Assembly (NCBI GenBank): GCA_964016885.1
Contig: OZ024741.1
Location: 182,776,001-182,840,000, forward strand
Direction: 5' to 3'
Length of the DNA: 64,000 nt
Source: Eledone cirrhosa
Lineage: Eukaryota
Within the stretch, counting starts at the first letter, position 1. The number at the start of each line of letters is the position of its first letter. Of the stretch, positions 1 to 12,100 are shown in pieces. The position numbers and the translations under genes were made by a program. The notes below the pieces were generated by a model. The model saw only the letters and a program-made list of their open reading frames with translations. It ran no database searches and was not told the DNA's origin.

Positions 1-40
1 TATAAAGAAGAACAAGAAATTTAGTGAATGAAATACTCAC

Positions 41-148
41 CAGTACTATAAATATATTTTAATATATATTGAGTTTCAGCTTCAGTTTCAGTCATTAGTT
101 TGATATGACAACCAATTGCTTTGTAAATATAATCCAGTGGATTTATTT
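41..148 (-). CDS. Exon 31 (window numbering): start of PARP catalytic domain
   Basis: tag|AA ATA AAT CCA..ACT G|gtgagt; EINPLDYIYKAIGCHIKLMTETEAETQYILKYIYST; phase matches exon 30. Confidence 0.85.
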
Positions 149-3100
149 CTACAAAACGGAGCAAACAGAGAGACTAATAAATAGATATACTAAAAAAATA
201 TTTTTATAAAACAACAAAATTAATATATAAATGACTAGAGTAGGTAGATAGACAGACAGAAAATAGATTGAAAATTAAATAAGCAAGAAAATATTTTACA
301 AAGAAATATGCATACCTGAGCAATTAAGAAACTTGCTTTGCAACCATGAAGTTCCAAGCTTGATTTCAACTCGAGTTGACCAATGACTTATGACAGAAAC
401 TGTGAAAAGGCTAGTTGTATGTATACATATCTTTCACCAAACTATCTAGGTGAAAAATGTAAACATTGGCAAGAAAGACAATAATACAGTGCTTTCAACC
501 CAAAATGCCTTGTGATATTTAAGTTTCACAGACATTCCCTTGTCATTCTCAACTTTGTAAATGCAGGGAACCACTGAGTGGCCTGGGTGGCATTTGCAAC
601 CAGATTAGCAAAGGAGGAGGATGCTCTGAGGCCATAGTATCTAGAATAAGAACAGGATGGAAGAAGTTTAGGGAGCTGCTTCCTCTGTTGACAACGAAGG
701 GTTTCTCCCTACAAACGAAAGGTCAGTTGTATTATGCCTGTGTGAGATGCGCGACGCTGCGTGGTAGTGAGACATGGGCAGCAACTGTGGAAGATATGCG
801 AAGGCTGGAGAGAAATGAAGCTAGCATGCTCTGATGGATGTGCAATGTCAATGTGCATGAACAACCAAGTATAGACGAGTTGAGAGTGAAACTGTGTATA
901 AGAGGTATAAAATGTAGTGTGCAGGAGAGAAGACTGCATTGGTATGGCCATGTGATGTGCATGGAAGGTGACCACTGGGTGAAAAAGTGCCAAGAAATCC
1001 CAGAGGAAGGAAGATGCAGTAGAGGAAGACCACGAAAAACATGGGCAGAGGTGGTGGGAGCTGACCTCAAGATCGCTCTTAAGTTTACAAAGGAGACCAC
1101 GAGGGACCGTGAAAAATGGAGAGATGCTGTGCTGAAGAAGACCCGCCCCATCCTTGCAAGCAGGGAAAACAGACATAAAGTGATGATGAATGCTATTGTT
1201 TACAAAATTCAATAGATAATTAATAAATAAATGACAAAAAAAATGCATGGCACAAACAGGCACACAGGTAGAATAGACAAATAACTAAATACATGGACAA
1301 ATGTATGTATTTATAGACCTGTAATGCTTAATGGATGTGTAAGAGCAATGTAGTGACATATGGAGTGTTTGGAGGATTTTAAACGTTGGGAAGCCTATTC
1401 CTCTCAAGGTCTGAACACAGCTGATTTCTTCTAGAAGGGGAGAATAAGTGAGAAAGTTATATAGAGGAAGAAAATACCCAAGTACAAAACTGGTACTTTT
1501 TTATATCAACCTAGAAAGTTTGAATGGCAAAGTTGACCACAAGTTAGTCTAACAACAGTCAATTAGCCACCTTAAATAGATGAATAAACAGGGAAATATT
1601 TTTACAAAAAATAAATATGTTTATAAAAAAAAATAGGGTTAAGAGGCAGACAGACAGACTGATAGACTAGATAAGTAACAGATAGACAGAGAGATAAGGA
1701 AACAGGAAAATATTTGACAAAAACTAAAAAAAAATATTTAAAAATTGTGCTTATAGGTACAGGCATAGCTGTGTGATTAAGGAGTTTGCTTTTCAGCCAT
1801 GCAGGTCTGGGTTTAGTCCTGCTGTACAGCACCTTGAATAAGTGTTTTTTACTATAGCATCAGGTTAACCAATGCCTTATAAGTGAAATTTGGTTGACAG
1901 AAACTGCAGAAGCCTGTCAAATGTGTGTGTGTGTGTTTGTGTTTATATCCCATAACTTTGCAGTTCAATTAAAAAAAAAAAAAAAGAGATTGATAAAATA
2001 AGTACCATATTTGAAAAAATAGGTACCAAGACCAATATGATCAACTAAACCAATGTGGTTTCCCCAGCATGGTGACTGAAACCAGCAAAAAACATAAAAT
2101 AGAGAAATAAAGACAAGTACTGAAATACCTTTTAACCGATACTGTGCTCCTAGTAGTATACGACTTGCCAATTTATAGTCTAAAAGATTTTCAACCAGTT
2201 TTGTTTGAGATTTCAGAATACTCGAAGTAGAGATAGGCCGGAATTTTTCATACTCATATCCTTTTTGAGGTATTAAGTGGTAATATTCATTGCTTAATTC
2301 AGATATCTGTAAGAAAATAGAAAATGGAAAATATAACACACTGAAAATACTAGAATACCGAAACACAATGAACATATATATCATCATCATTGTTTAACGT
2401 CCATTTTCCAGGCTAGCATAGATTAGACAGGTTGTCCCGTTTGAGGCAAGTTGGGTCAGGTGACAGTGTCTTGCTCATACTGAACTGCTTCTGGCTTCTT
2501 TTCTATGGTTGAATGCTCTTCCTAATGCCAACCACATTTGCTGGGTGCCGTTTATCATGACTCCTACATTACCACTTTAGAGTGTGGGCTGGGTGGTTTT
2601 TGTCATATATATATATATATATATATATCATCATCATCATCATCATCAACGTTTAACGTCCGTGTTCCACGCTTGCATGGGTTTGGACGGGGGTAGTCCC
2701 ACTTGAGGCAAGAGTGATTGTCTTGCTCGCATAGGACTGTCTGGCAGGTTTTCTACAGTTGGATGCCCTTCCTAACACCAACCACATTTACAGTGTGGGT
2801 CTGGGAGGTTTTTACCGTGTTGCCTACACGGCCACATTACAGCGTGGACTGTGTGTTTTTTGTCGTGACACCTACACGATCTCATTTGTTTCGGCCTCGA
2901 TGGCGCGGCACCAACATAACTTTACATAGAACGGGGTGGTGTGGATCGGGTGGGGGTGGGGGTGGTGGGACGGGGTGTATTTTGTTAGAGATGCCTACTG
3001 GCTGGAGTAGGTTTTACTATATATTTAGGTAAGGCGGGTCTTCTCTGTTACTGAGTACCGCCAAAGGTCTCGGTCCAGTGACATTGTCTTGGAGAGGTGT

Positions 3101-6100
3101 AAGTGTGTGATGTCGGAGTTTATCAGCTCGTCCCAGGTTTTTCTAGGTCTGCCTATTCCGTGACTACCGTCTATCTTTATTGCCCTGCACTTTGTTATAC
3201 AGCTATCGACTTTCATGCGCATCACGTGTCCATACCAACGTAGCCTTCTCTCGAGTAAACAACATCTGATCCCTCTTATCTCTAATTTATTCCTTAGTTC
3301 GTTTATGCTTTGCCGTTCACGTATATTACTGTTACACATCCAGCGGAGCATGCAAGCTTCGTTCCTCTCTAGTCTGCGTATATCCTCTGCACACAATGCC
3401 CAGGTCTCACTGCCATGCAGCATTGCTGTTCGTATGCAGGCATCGTACAACCTGCCTTTCATTTTTAGTGAGAACCCTTTAGCAGCTAATAGTGGTATAA
3501 GCTCTCTGAACTTTTTCCAACCAGTTCTGACTCTAGCTACAGTACTTTCAGAGCACCCTCCCCCACTGCTGATTTTATCGCCCAGGTAACGGAAGCTGTC
3601 CACTATTTCTATAGAACCCTCTGCGCAATTGAAAGAGCTAGTAGTTTGTGGGCACTTGCTGCTACTTATTGCACCAGAGCACCGGCCACATGTAAAATCT
3701 ATGTTCTTAGTTAGCTTACCTGTGATCCCACTACATCTTTTATGCACCCATACTTTGCATTTAGGACATAAAATGGAGTTTCTACCTACGCCTTTCCTAC
3801 ACACCGAGCACGACCATTTCCCCGAAGGGACCGCCGCCTTGTTTTCTTTCCTACAAACTAGTACTTTGGTCTTAGCCAGGTTAATTTTAAGTCCTTTTGA
3901 CTCTAGGCCGTGCTTCCATGTTTGGAATTTCTTCTCTAGCTCGGCCATTGATTCCGCTATGAGTGTCAGGTCGTCTGCGTATAGGAGTTCCCATGGGCAG
4001 CCTGTCTTGAACTCCTCTGTTATAGCCTGAAGGGCAATAATAAATAGTAGTGGACTGAGAACAGAGCCCTGATGGACGCCGACTTTTACGCTAAACTCTT
4101 CACTATATTCGTTGTTAATTCTAACCTTGCTGACTGTTTCTTTATACATGGCTTGTATACCCCTCACAAGCCATTCGTCAACGCCTAGTTTTCTAAGAGC
4201 CCACCAGATAATGGAGCGGGGGACTCTGTCGAAGGCTTTCTCCAAGTCGACAAAAGCTAAGTAGAGGGGTTTACCTTTAGCTAGGTACTTCTCCTGTAGT
4301 TGTCGTACTATGAAAAGAGCGTCTGTGGTACTTTTGCCTGACACAAACCCGAACTGCATTTCATCTAGGTCAATTCTCTCTCTGATTAGTTGCGCTATTA
4401 CTCTTTCCGCGACCTTCATGACCTGGTCGATTAATTTAATGCCTCTATAGTTACTCCTATCTAGGGCGTCTCCTTTACCCTTATAACAGTTAACGATGAT
4501 GCTGCTATGCCAGTCCTTCGGAACAACCCCGTTCTGTACGACTTGGTTAACTATGCGGGTGACCATGGTGTGTCCCACCGTGCCAGATGCCTTCAGCATC
4601 TCAGCAACTATTTCCGAAGGCCCAGCCGCCTTACCAGTCTTCATATCCTTGATTGCCTTACTTATTATACTCCCCTCGACTAACACTGCTGGTCCCTCTA
4701 TTGGGTCGATATGGGGGAGACTGCCTTTCTCCCAATTATTCTCCTCATTTAGAAGCCTTTCATAGTGACACTTCCAAGCTACCTTCTTATCAGCGTCGGT
4801 GATGGCAAGTGTGCCATCGTCGTTTAGTACACACTTCTCCCCGACAATATCACGGTTTTCCTTGACGCATTGCCTAGCAATCCTGAACACCTCACGTTTT
4901 TGGTCATCGCGATATATATCATTTTCATTCATTTCATTTTACATCAGCTTTTTCCCTGCTTGCAAAGGTGGAACGGGAACTGATTCTGGCTTGATTTCTA
5001 CAGCTGGATGCCCTTCCTAATACCAACCTCATTTACAGTGAGTGATGGGTGCTTTTTTACCGTGGCGCCTACACGACCACTTTGCAGTGGAATGATATGG
5101 ACCCCAGTCCCTATCATCTCATTTCTACAGCTGAGTGAACTTGAGCAATGTGAAATAAAGTGTCTTGCTCAAGGAAACAACACATCACCCGGTCTGAGAA
5201 TTGAACTCACAACTTTTCGATTGCAAGGCCAATGCTCTAACCACTAAGCCATGTGCCTCCATATATATATATATATATATACACACAAATATTAAAATGA
5301 AATGAAGCCTCCATGCCTTGATGGATGTGCAATAGAATATACATGAACAGCAAAGCACAAACGAACTGCATGATGGTTTTCTGAAGGTGATCAGAAAGAA
5401 ATCACAGTTAAATAAGGTATTCAATGTTAGTAGGGAAGAAGCATCATCATTACCGTTTTAGCATCCATTTTTTCATGCTTGCCTGGGTTAGATGGGTCTC
5501 ATTGGGAGACAAATCTGGCCAGAATTGGCACACCGTACCTTGCTCCATTGAGGACTGTAAATTTGGTCAGGGATTTTACAGCTGGATGTCCTTCCTAACA
5601 TCAACCATATTTACAGTGTGGAACTGGAATGCACTGTTATGAGGAGGGACAGGCCAGTTGGCTGTGCCGACCCCCTCTCACAGCGGATCCTCAGTTCAGT
5701 TGTCAGATGCTGCATGGCTCCGTTATGAGAAGAGAGAGGCCAGTTGGCCACGCTGAACACATTCTCAAAGAGGAACCACAGTTTTGGAGCCCGGCACTGG
5801 ATGACACTGGTATGAGGAAGGACAGGCCATTTGGCCACGATGAACCCTTCTCACTATGGAACCAGTTTGGGAGCCTGGAGCTGGATGGCACCACTATGAA
5901 AAGAGACAAGCCAATTGGCCATGCCGAACCATCTCACAGAGGAACAACAGTTTCAGAGCCCAGTACTGGATGACACCGCTATACAGAGGGAAAGCCCTGT
6001 TGGCCATGCCGAACCCTTCACACATCAGACCCACAGCTCAGGAACCGCTTTTAGGACATTGCACTGCTATGAGGAACAATAGGCCATTCAGCTGCGATGA

Positions 6101-9100
6101 ACCTTTCTCACTTCGGAACTACATTTTGGGAACCTGGAACTGGATGGGCCCGCACATATTTATTTTATATAGAAATGGCTTCTACAGGACTTGAGTTTGT
6201 TTCATTTGTATGAAATTATCAGATGATCTCATGAATGAAACAGCTCTAATTCTGTAGAAATCATTTCTATATAATATATATAAAGAACCTATGTTTGGGA
6301 AAAGGTGAGCAGAATTTGAAAATTGATTTAGAGGATTTCGCCAAAATCAACTGTCAATCATACTTTATAATTATATTTGTTTGAAATAAAAAAAAAAAAA
6401 AAAAATATTACTTTTTCACAGTTCTTTTGGTGTTCTTCATTCTGTCCAGCAGTGGGTTTTGTTTTATTAACCAGTTCTATAAGATCCCTGAAAAAATATA
6501 AAGAAATAAAAACTATTCAACTAGCAATGGAAAGCATTCACAGAATTTAACACAAAGAAAATTAGAACACAGAAATATTTTCGCAAATTATTGTGTAAAA
6601 TCTTTGACAGTGTCAGGGAGAATGTGAACACTATAAAGAAACCCCTCTCTGAACAGAAAACACTGAATTTCAATCAGATAAGATGGACTTTAAAGTGTTG
6701 ACAAAGACATTTATGACGATAGAAATTGTAAATAACTTGAGTTAACTACTAACAACAATAATTATAAAATGTTTCACATTTTCACACTTTAACATAAAAA
6801 ATGTTTGAAATGTTGCTCATGTTCTTAAAACAGGCTAGCAGATTTCAAGTTGTCAACATTAACTTAGTCTTTCATCCTTCCATTCTAGTTTAAAACTGGG
6901 AGTTGATCTCATTTGACTATACCCTTCCCAATTTTACATGCAATAGACTGTCACAGTACAAAAAAGGTTGGAAAACTATATCTTGTTCCAACATTCTATA
7001 CTTTATCATGCCCCCCACCCCAATGAAAACCACTTTACAGAGTGTAATGAGTGCATTTCATCATGACACTATAAAGGTTGAAAAATCCTTACTACTTAAT
7101 ATTGTCTCTATTTGATCACGTTAGACTACTGAGTGACACCAACACCAGAGATCTTATCGCTACCCTACACGCGCACAAATATATACATCGTCATCGTCAT
7201 TTAACGTTGGTTTTCCCGGCTAACAAGAGTTGGATGGGTTTTCACAGACAGAGTTAGTATTCAAACAGAGCTGCTGAAACTCTCAATTAGGCAAGGTGGG
7301 AAGCAACATATCACATACATATGTTCCCATGTTCTACCCAAGTCATGGTTTGACACTTGGTGCTTTTGACATACATATATACAGGGTGGACCAAAAGTTG
7401 CAATACATAGGAAAAATTATGATTTTATAAGAAAAAATTTATTCATATAACATACTCCATGTGGAAACTTAAAAATGTAATTATTTTTCCTGTTTTGTGA
7501 CTTTTGGTCCACCCTGTATTTAAAGACAAAACTTTGTGACAGTTAAGATATTCAGACTCATTACTACTACTACTACTACTACTACTCTACACAACAAAAT
7601 TCCATATAAATTTAAGCAATCAATAAATGCCATACTTAAAAGAAGAATGAATACAAACTTGAGTTCGTGCAAAATTTTCAAAGCTTCAAGTAAAGCAGAT
7701 TTTTTAATTTGTCCAAATGGCATGATCTCAGCATCCACCCCAGACACACTATATGCTGCAGACAACATCTTTACATTGCTCTGAAAGGACAGGAAATATA
7801 TGAATAGATAAAATAAACAATCAAAACATCCAGAAAGGTAGAATGCCTTCATCAAAGTATTAACAATTAAAAACATATTTTTTTGGAGTTCACAACTATT
7901 TGCTTATAACTAGATCATTAACAAAAACAACACTTTCAAAATCACACTAATGAAAATGCCTCTATATGGATGCTCAACTTGTTAGAAATAGCAGCAAAAT
8001 ATCTTTCAAATCACAAGAAAATAATATAGCATTCTCAGACCGGCATAAAACCACAAAATTTGATTAAATTAACTCCAGCACATCACTGGTTCTTATTTCA
8101 TCAACCATAGAAGGATGTTAGATACTGATGAACTCAGTTGAATTAAGAACATAAATACCACAAAGAATTTAGTCTGATGCTTTAACCCTTTAGCATTCGC
8201 ATTAATTTTCAAATGTCATGCTTATTTGTTCACATTTATTTTGAGTTAATCATACTCAAGAGGGTTATCAATTTTATTTGTTTGTAATTTTCTTAATTTT
8301 CTATGTGCAGGCTTGAAATTTTGTCAGTAGATGTTTAAATATCAATAATTTACAATTATATAATTTTACCTGATTTTTTTTGGTTAAATTTGACTTTTAT
8401 GGGCAGGTGAAATTAATTAATAGGGGTATTTGAAGTCTTAACCAGGTGCAAATGCTGGTTTAATTTTAAGTACGTTGTTTTCGGCATAATACTTGATATA
8501 TAAGGATCACTAAACCTTATATCAGTGGTCCAGTAATTCCAGTCTTGGAAATTGTTTTATACTGAACATAATACTTACGGTAAAAAATGCTTGCATTTCC
8601 GCAGAATCTGTCGGTCGCCAAATAGATCGGGTTTTCTTCGATTTGAAATCTGTTGATGGGCATATCGATTAATCTCTTCTGCCACAACTTCGAAGAAAGT
8701 TTGTGGTAAAAACAAAAGAAATAATCCAGTGTTTTAACATCGGGAGCTAATGTGTGTTGTGGACCAGTATTTTGAATAAAATCGGGAACATATATTGGTG
8801 TGGTATTTTTCAACCACGTTGCTGTAATATTTTCAATGGCGTCCTGGAAATCTCCTTCGTTTTCACTTTCAAAACAACTGATTCATTTGAAGATAACTCA
8901 CTAATATTATCGTTTGTTTCTTGTTCATTCTGAATGTCATCGTGTGTAAAACCTTCAAAGTTGGTATCGCTACTTTCACAAAAAAATCTGTTCTACTTTC
9001 AACATTAAAAAAATAAGTGTTGTTTTAAGTTGTTTCACTATATTAAGTGTTAATTTTCGCAGTAAGGGCCTAATCTCGCAGTAATCTCGAATTAAGGAGA

Positions 9101-12100
9101 TTTTGATGACGGTATTGTTTATTTTTGGAATGATATTTTAGTGTGGGTGTTATCGGCCGGTTTGAACAAATGAAAGGGAAATAATTGCGGCCGGTTTGAA
9201 CACTAAAGGGTTAATGCACAAAATAAGGTCATCAATTTTATGTCCACATATTTAAGTTGACATATTTGGATAAGATGTTTTGAAGCTGTGTTTCACAGTC
9301 AAAAACCCTTCTTGAACCAACCTTTTTAGTCACCATTTATGACACAAAAAGATATGCTGTACCTTTACTAAAAACTGTGATACAAACATATAGTCATCAT
9401 AAACTAATATCACATTTTCCTTACCACATATTTATTTCTAGCTAGCTTTAATAAGGTTCCATACATGAAACTTACCTCTTGTTGATGATATTGCCAAATT
9501 ATTTAATTTCTAAACAATTCTATTTTCCTATACAATGTTGTATATTTACTCAACAATTATCTCATTACTACTTCAGCAAGTGACATTGTGGTTAGCGCAT
9601 TTGGCTCATGATCGTGTGGTTGTGAGTTTGATTCCCAGCAACATGCTGTGTCCTTGAGCAAGACACTTTATTTCACGTTGCAGTCCACTCAGTTGACAAA
9701 AATGAATTGTACCTGCAATTCAAAGGGCCAGCCTTGTCACATTTTGTCACATTGAATCTTTCTGAGAATTACGTTAAACGTACGCATGTTTGTGGAATGC
9801 TCAGCCACTTGCACATTAAATTTATGAGCAGGCTCTTTTGTTGATCATATCAACAAGAATACTTGTCGAAAAGTAGGAGTTATGTTTCGCTTATAAAATC
9901 AGTATAAGACCAAAACATGTCTTAAGTTATCTCCCATATTTATCAGTCACTAACTAATATCAATATTTTCCCAACAATACAATTATTTCTACCATTTTCT
10001 TTATACCCACTTCATTAACCATTAAAATAATAAAAAAAAAAAAAATTTGATCTGTTTCAATTCAGGTGGAATGGAAATGCTCCCATGTTTAACCTCTTCT
10101 TTTATCAATGGACATCCTGTCCAGATTTCTCGCAAGATACTCCCTCACTTCCCCCACAGCCAGCATTGACCAGCTGTGATACACATTGGCATAGAGATTC
10201 CTGTAGTACAAGCCAAGTCACTACCACGGTGGAACTTCAGGAAGGCTGATTGAGAATCCTTCAGCTCAGAGGTGGAGGAACAAATCATCAAATGAAGAAA
10301 TATTCTTCATTTTGTAAGATTCTGAAAGACGCTACCAAGAAACACACCCTGTGCTGGCTTCCAGAACCTGAAGAGCTCCTCAAGTGAATCAGACATTGCT
10401 ATGGAACTCTTAGACTATCTTGACTCAGATAGATGAACATGCTGGCAGGAAACGGTAGAAGAGTTGGATTTCACTCACTCTAGTTGGAAAGCATGAATCT
10501 CCTGAGGCGACTTGGTACAGCATTTCCCATTCAGCACCAGCCATCAAAAGTAACTGCTAATGGTGTCCCTTAATCAGATCTGCACAAACATGGCAGAACA
10601 GCCTATCATCTCCATTGATGGAAAATGAAAGACAGCCCAGCATGTGACTGTGGGGACCCTGACCAAACTAGGCTGCATGTTGATTTACCCCCCCCCCCCC
10701 CATTACATTTTCCCGGCAGCCTGGAGGCAATCCATAATATTACAAATAACACTTTAGTCTGGCTCACCAATCTCGATCTGTCTCCCTAACCATTGTGTAT
10801 ATGTCATATCACAAGAAGTACTTCTGTGCCTCTCAAAAGACAGCTGGCCAAACGCACATATATGGTATTCTCATATAGGATTATGACAACTTGTCTCAAA
10901 ACACAACCTATCACAAACAGTGGATGGGGCGTATATCTTCCCATTATGGTGGCTGTTATCTATTTTATATCACATAACAGGAGGCACATGGCTTAGTGGT
11001 TAGAGCATTGGCCTTGCAATCGAAAGGTTGTGAGTTCAATTGTCAGACCGGGTGATGTGTTGTTTCCTTGAGCAAGACAATTTATTTCACATTGCTCCAG
11101 TTTACTCAGCTGTAGAAATGAGATGATAGGGACTGGAGTCCCTATCATTCCACTGCAAAGTGGTCGTGGAGGTGCCACGGCAAAAAAGCACCCAGCACTC
11201 ACTGTAAATGAGGTTGGTGTTAGGAAGGGCATCCAGCTGTAGAAATCAAGCCAGAATCAGTTCCCGTCCCACCCTTGCAAGCAGGGAAAAGCGGACGTAA
11301 AATGAAATGAAATGATGAAATGATAACAGAGGTTCAAACCTAAGTTTGACCCATATTTCTTATAAAAAGGAGTATATATATATATATATATATATATTTA
11401 TTATCATCATCACCATTTTACATGCTGGAAGGACATCTGTCTGTAGAAAGCATGCCAAAAATGGAATACGTGACAAAGACTTGGTTTCCTTGATCCATTA
11501 AGACTCAGGCCATGACAACCCATCCAACACATGCCAGCGGATGTAAAATGATGATGACAATGATGGTGAAATCTAAAATGAATATATGTAGAGGAAGAGG
11601 GATGGGGTTTCAACTAGTGTAACAAAGTAAAAAATGATTAGAAATAAAATAAGTCTCTTACCAACTCTTTAATGAGTTCTTGTAACCGTGGAGGAAGCTT
11701 TGAGGGTATTTCAGAATTGAGATCAAAATTTATCTTGGATTTCTTCATACACTTTTGGCGTTCTTCAGTTTGGACCAGGCGATACTTTTTAGAGTGGTTC
11801 TTGAATCTAAAATGAAGTCCATAAGATCAGCCACAAAAAACAACAACACATTCTGATACAACTAAAACAGAAAAAACGGAAAAGCAAAGAAGCCAATCAT
11901 CAGATTGGACCAAAGAAGAAATGTTTTCATTGGTCTTTCCATTGTTGGTACTATCAACTGGTTGTAACTCCTGGCAGGAGAAAGGAGCCGATCAACAGAA
12001 CAGACAAAGGAAACAATATTTCTATTGGTCTTTCCATTGTTGATATCAAAAGGAGTAATGCGAAATAAAGTATTTTGCTGCCTGCTCCAGGAATTGAACA

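Noticed and set aside
10981-11060. Functional tRNA gene
   Set aside because: A/B boxes run on into CORE and a LINE tail in several copies with a target-site duplication, so this is a SINE head; no complete cloverleaf seen.
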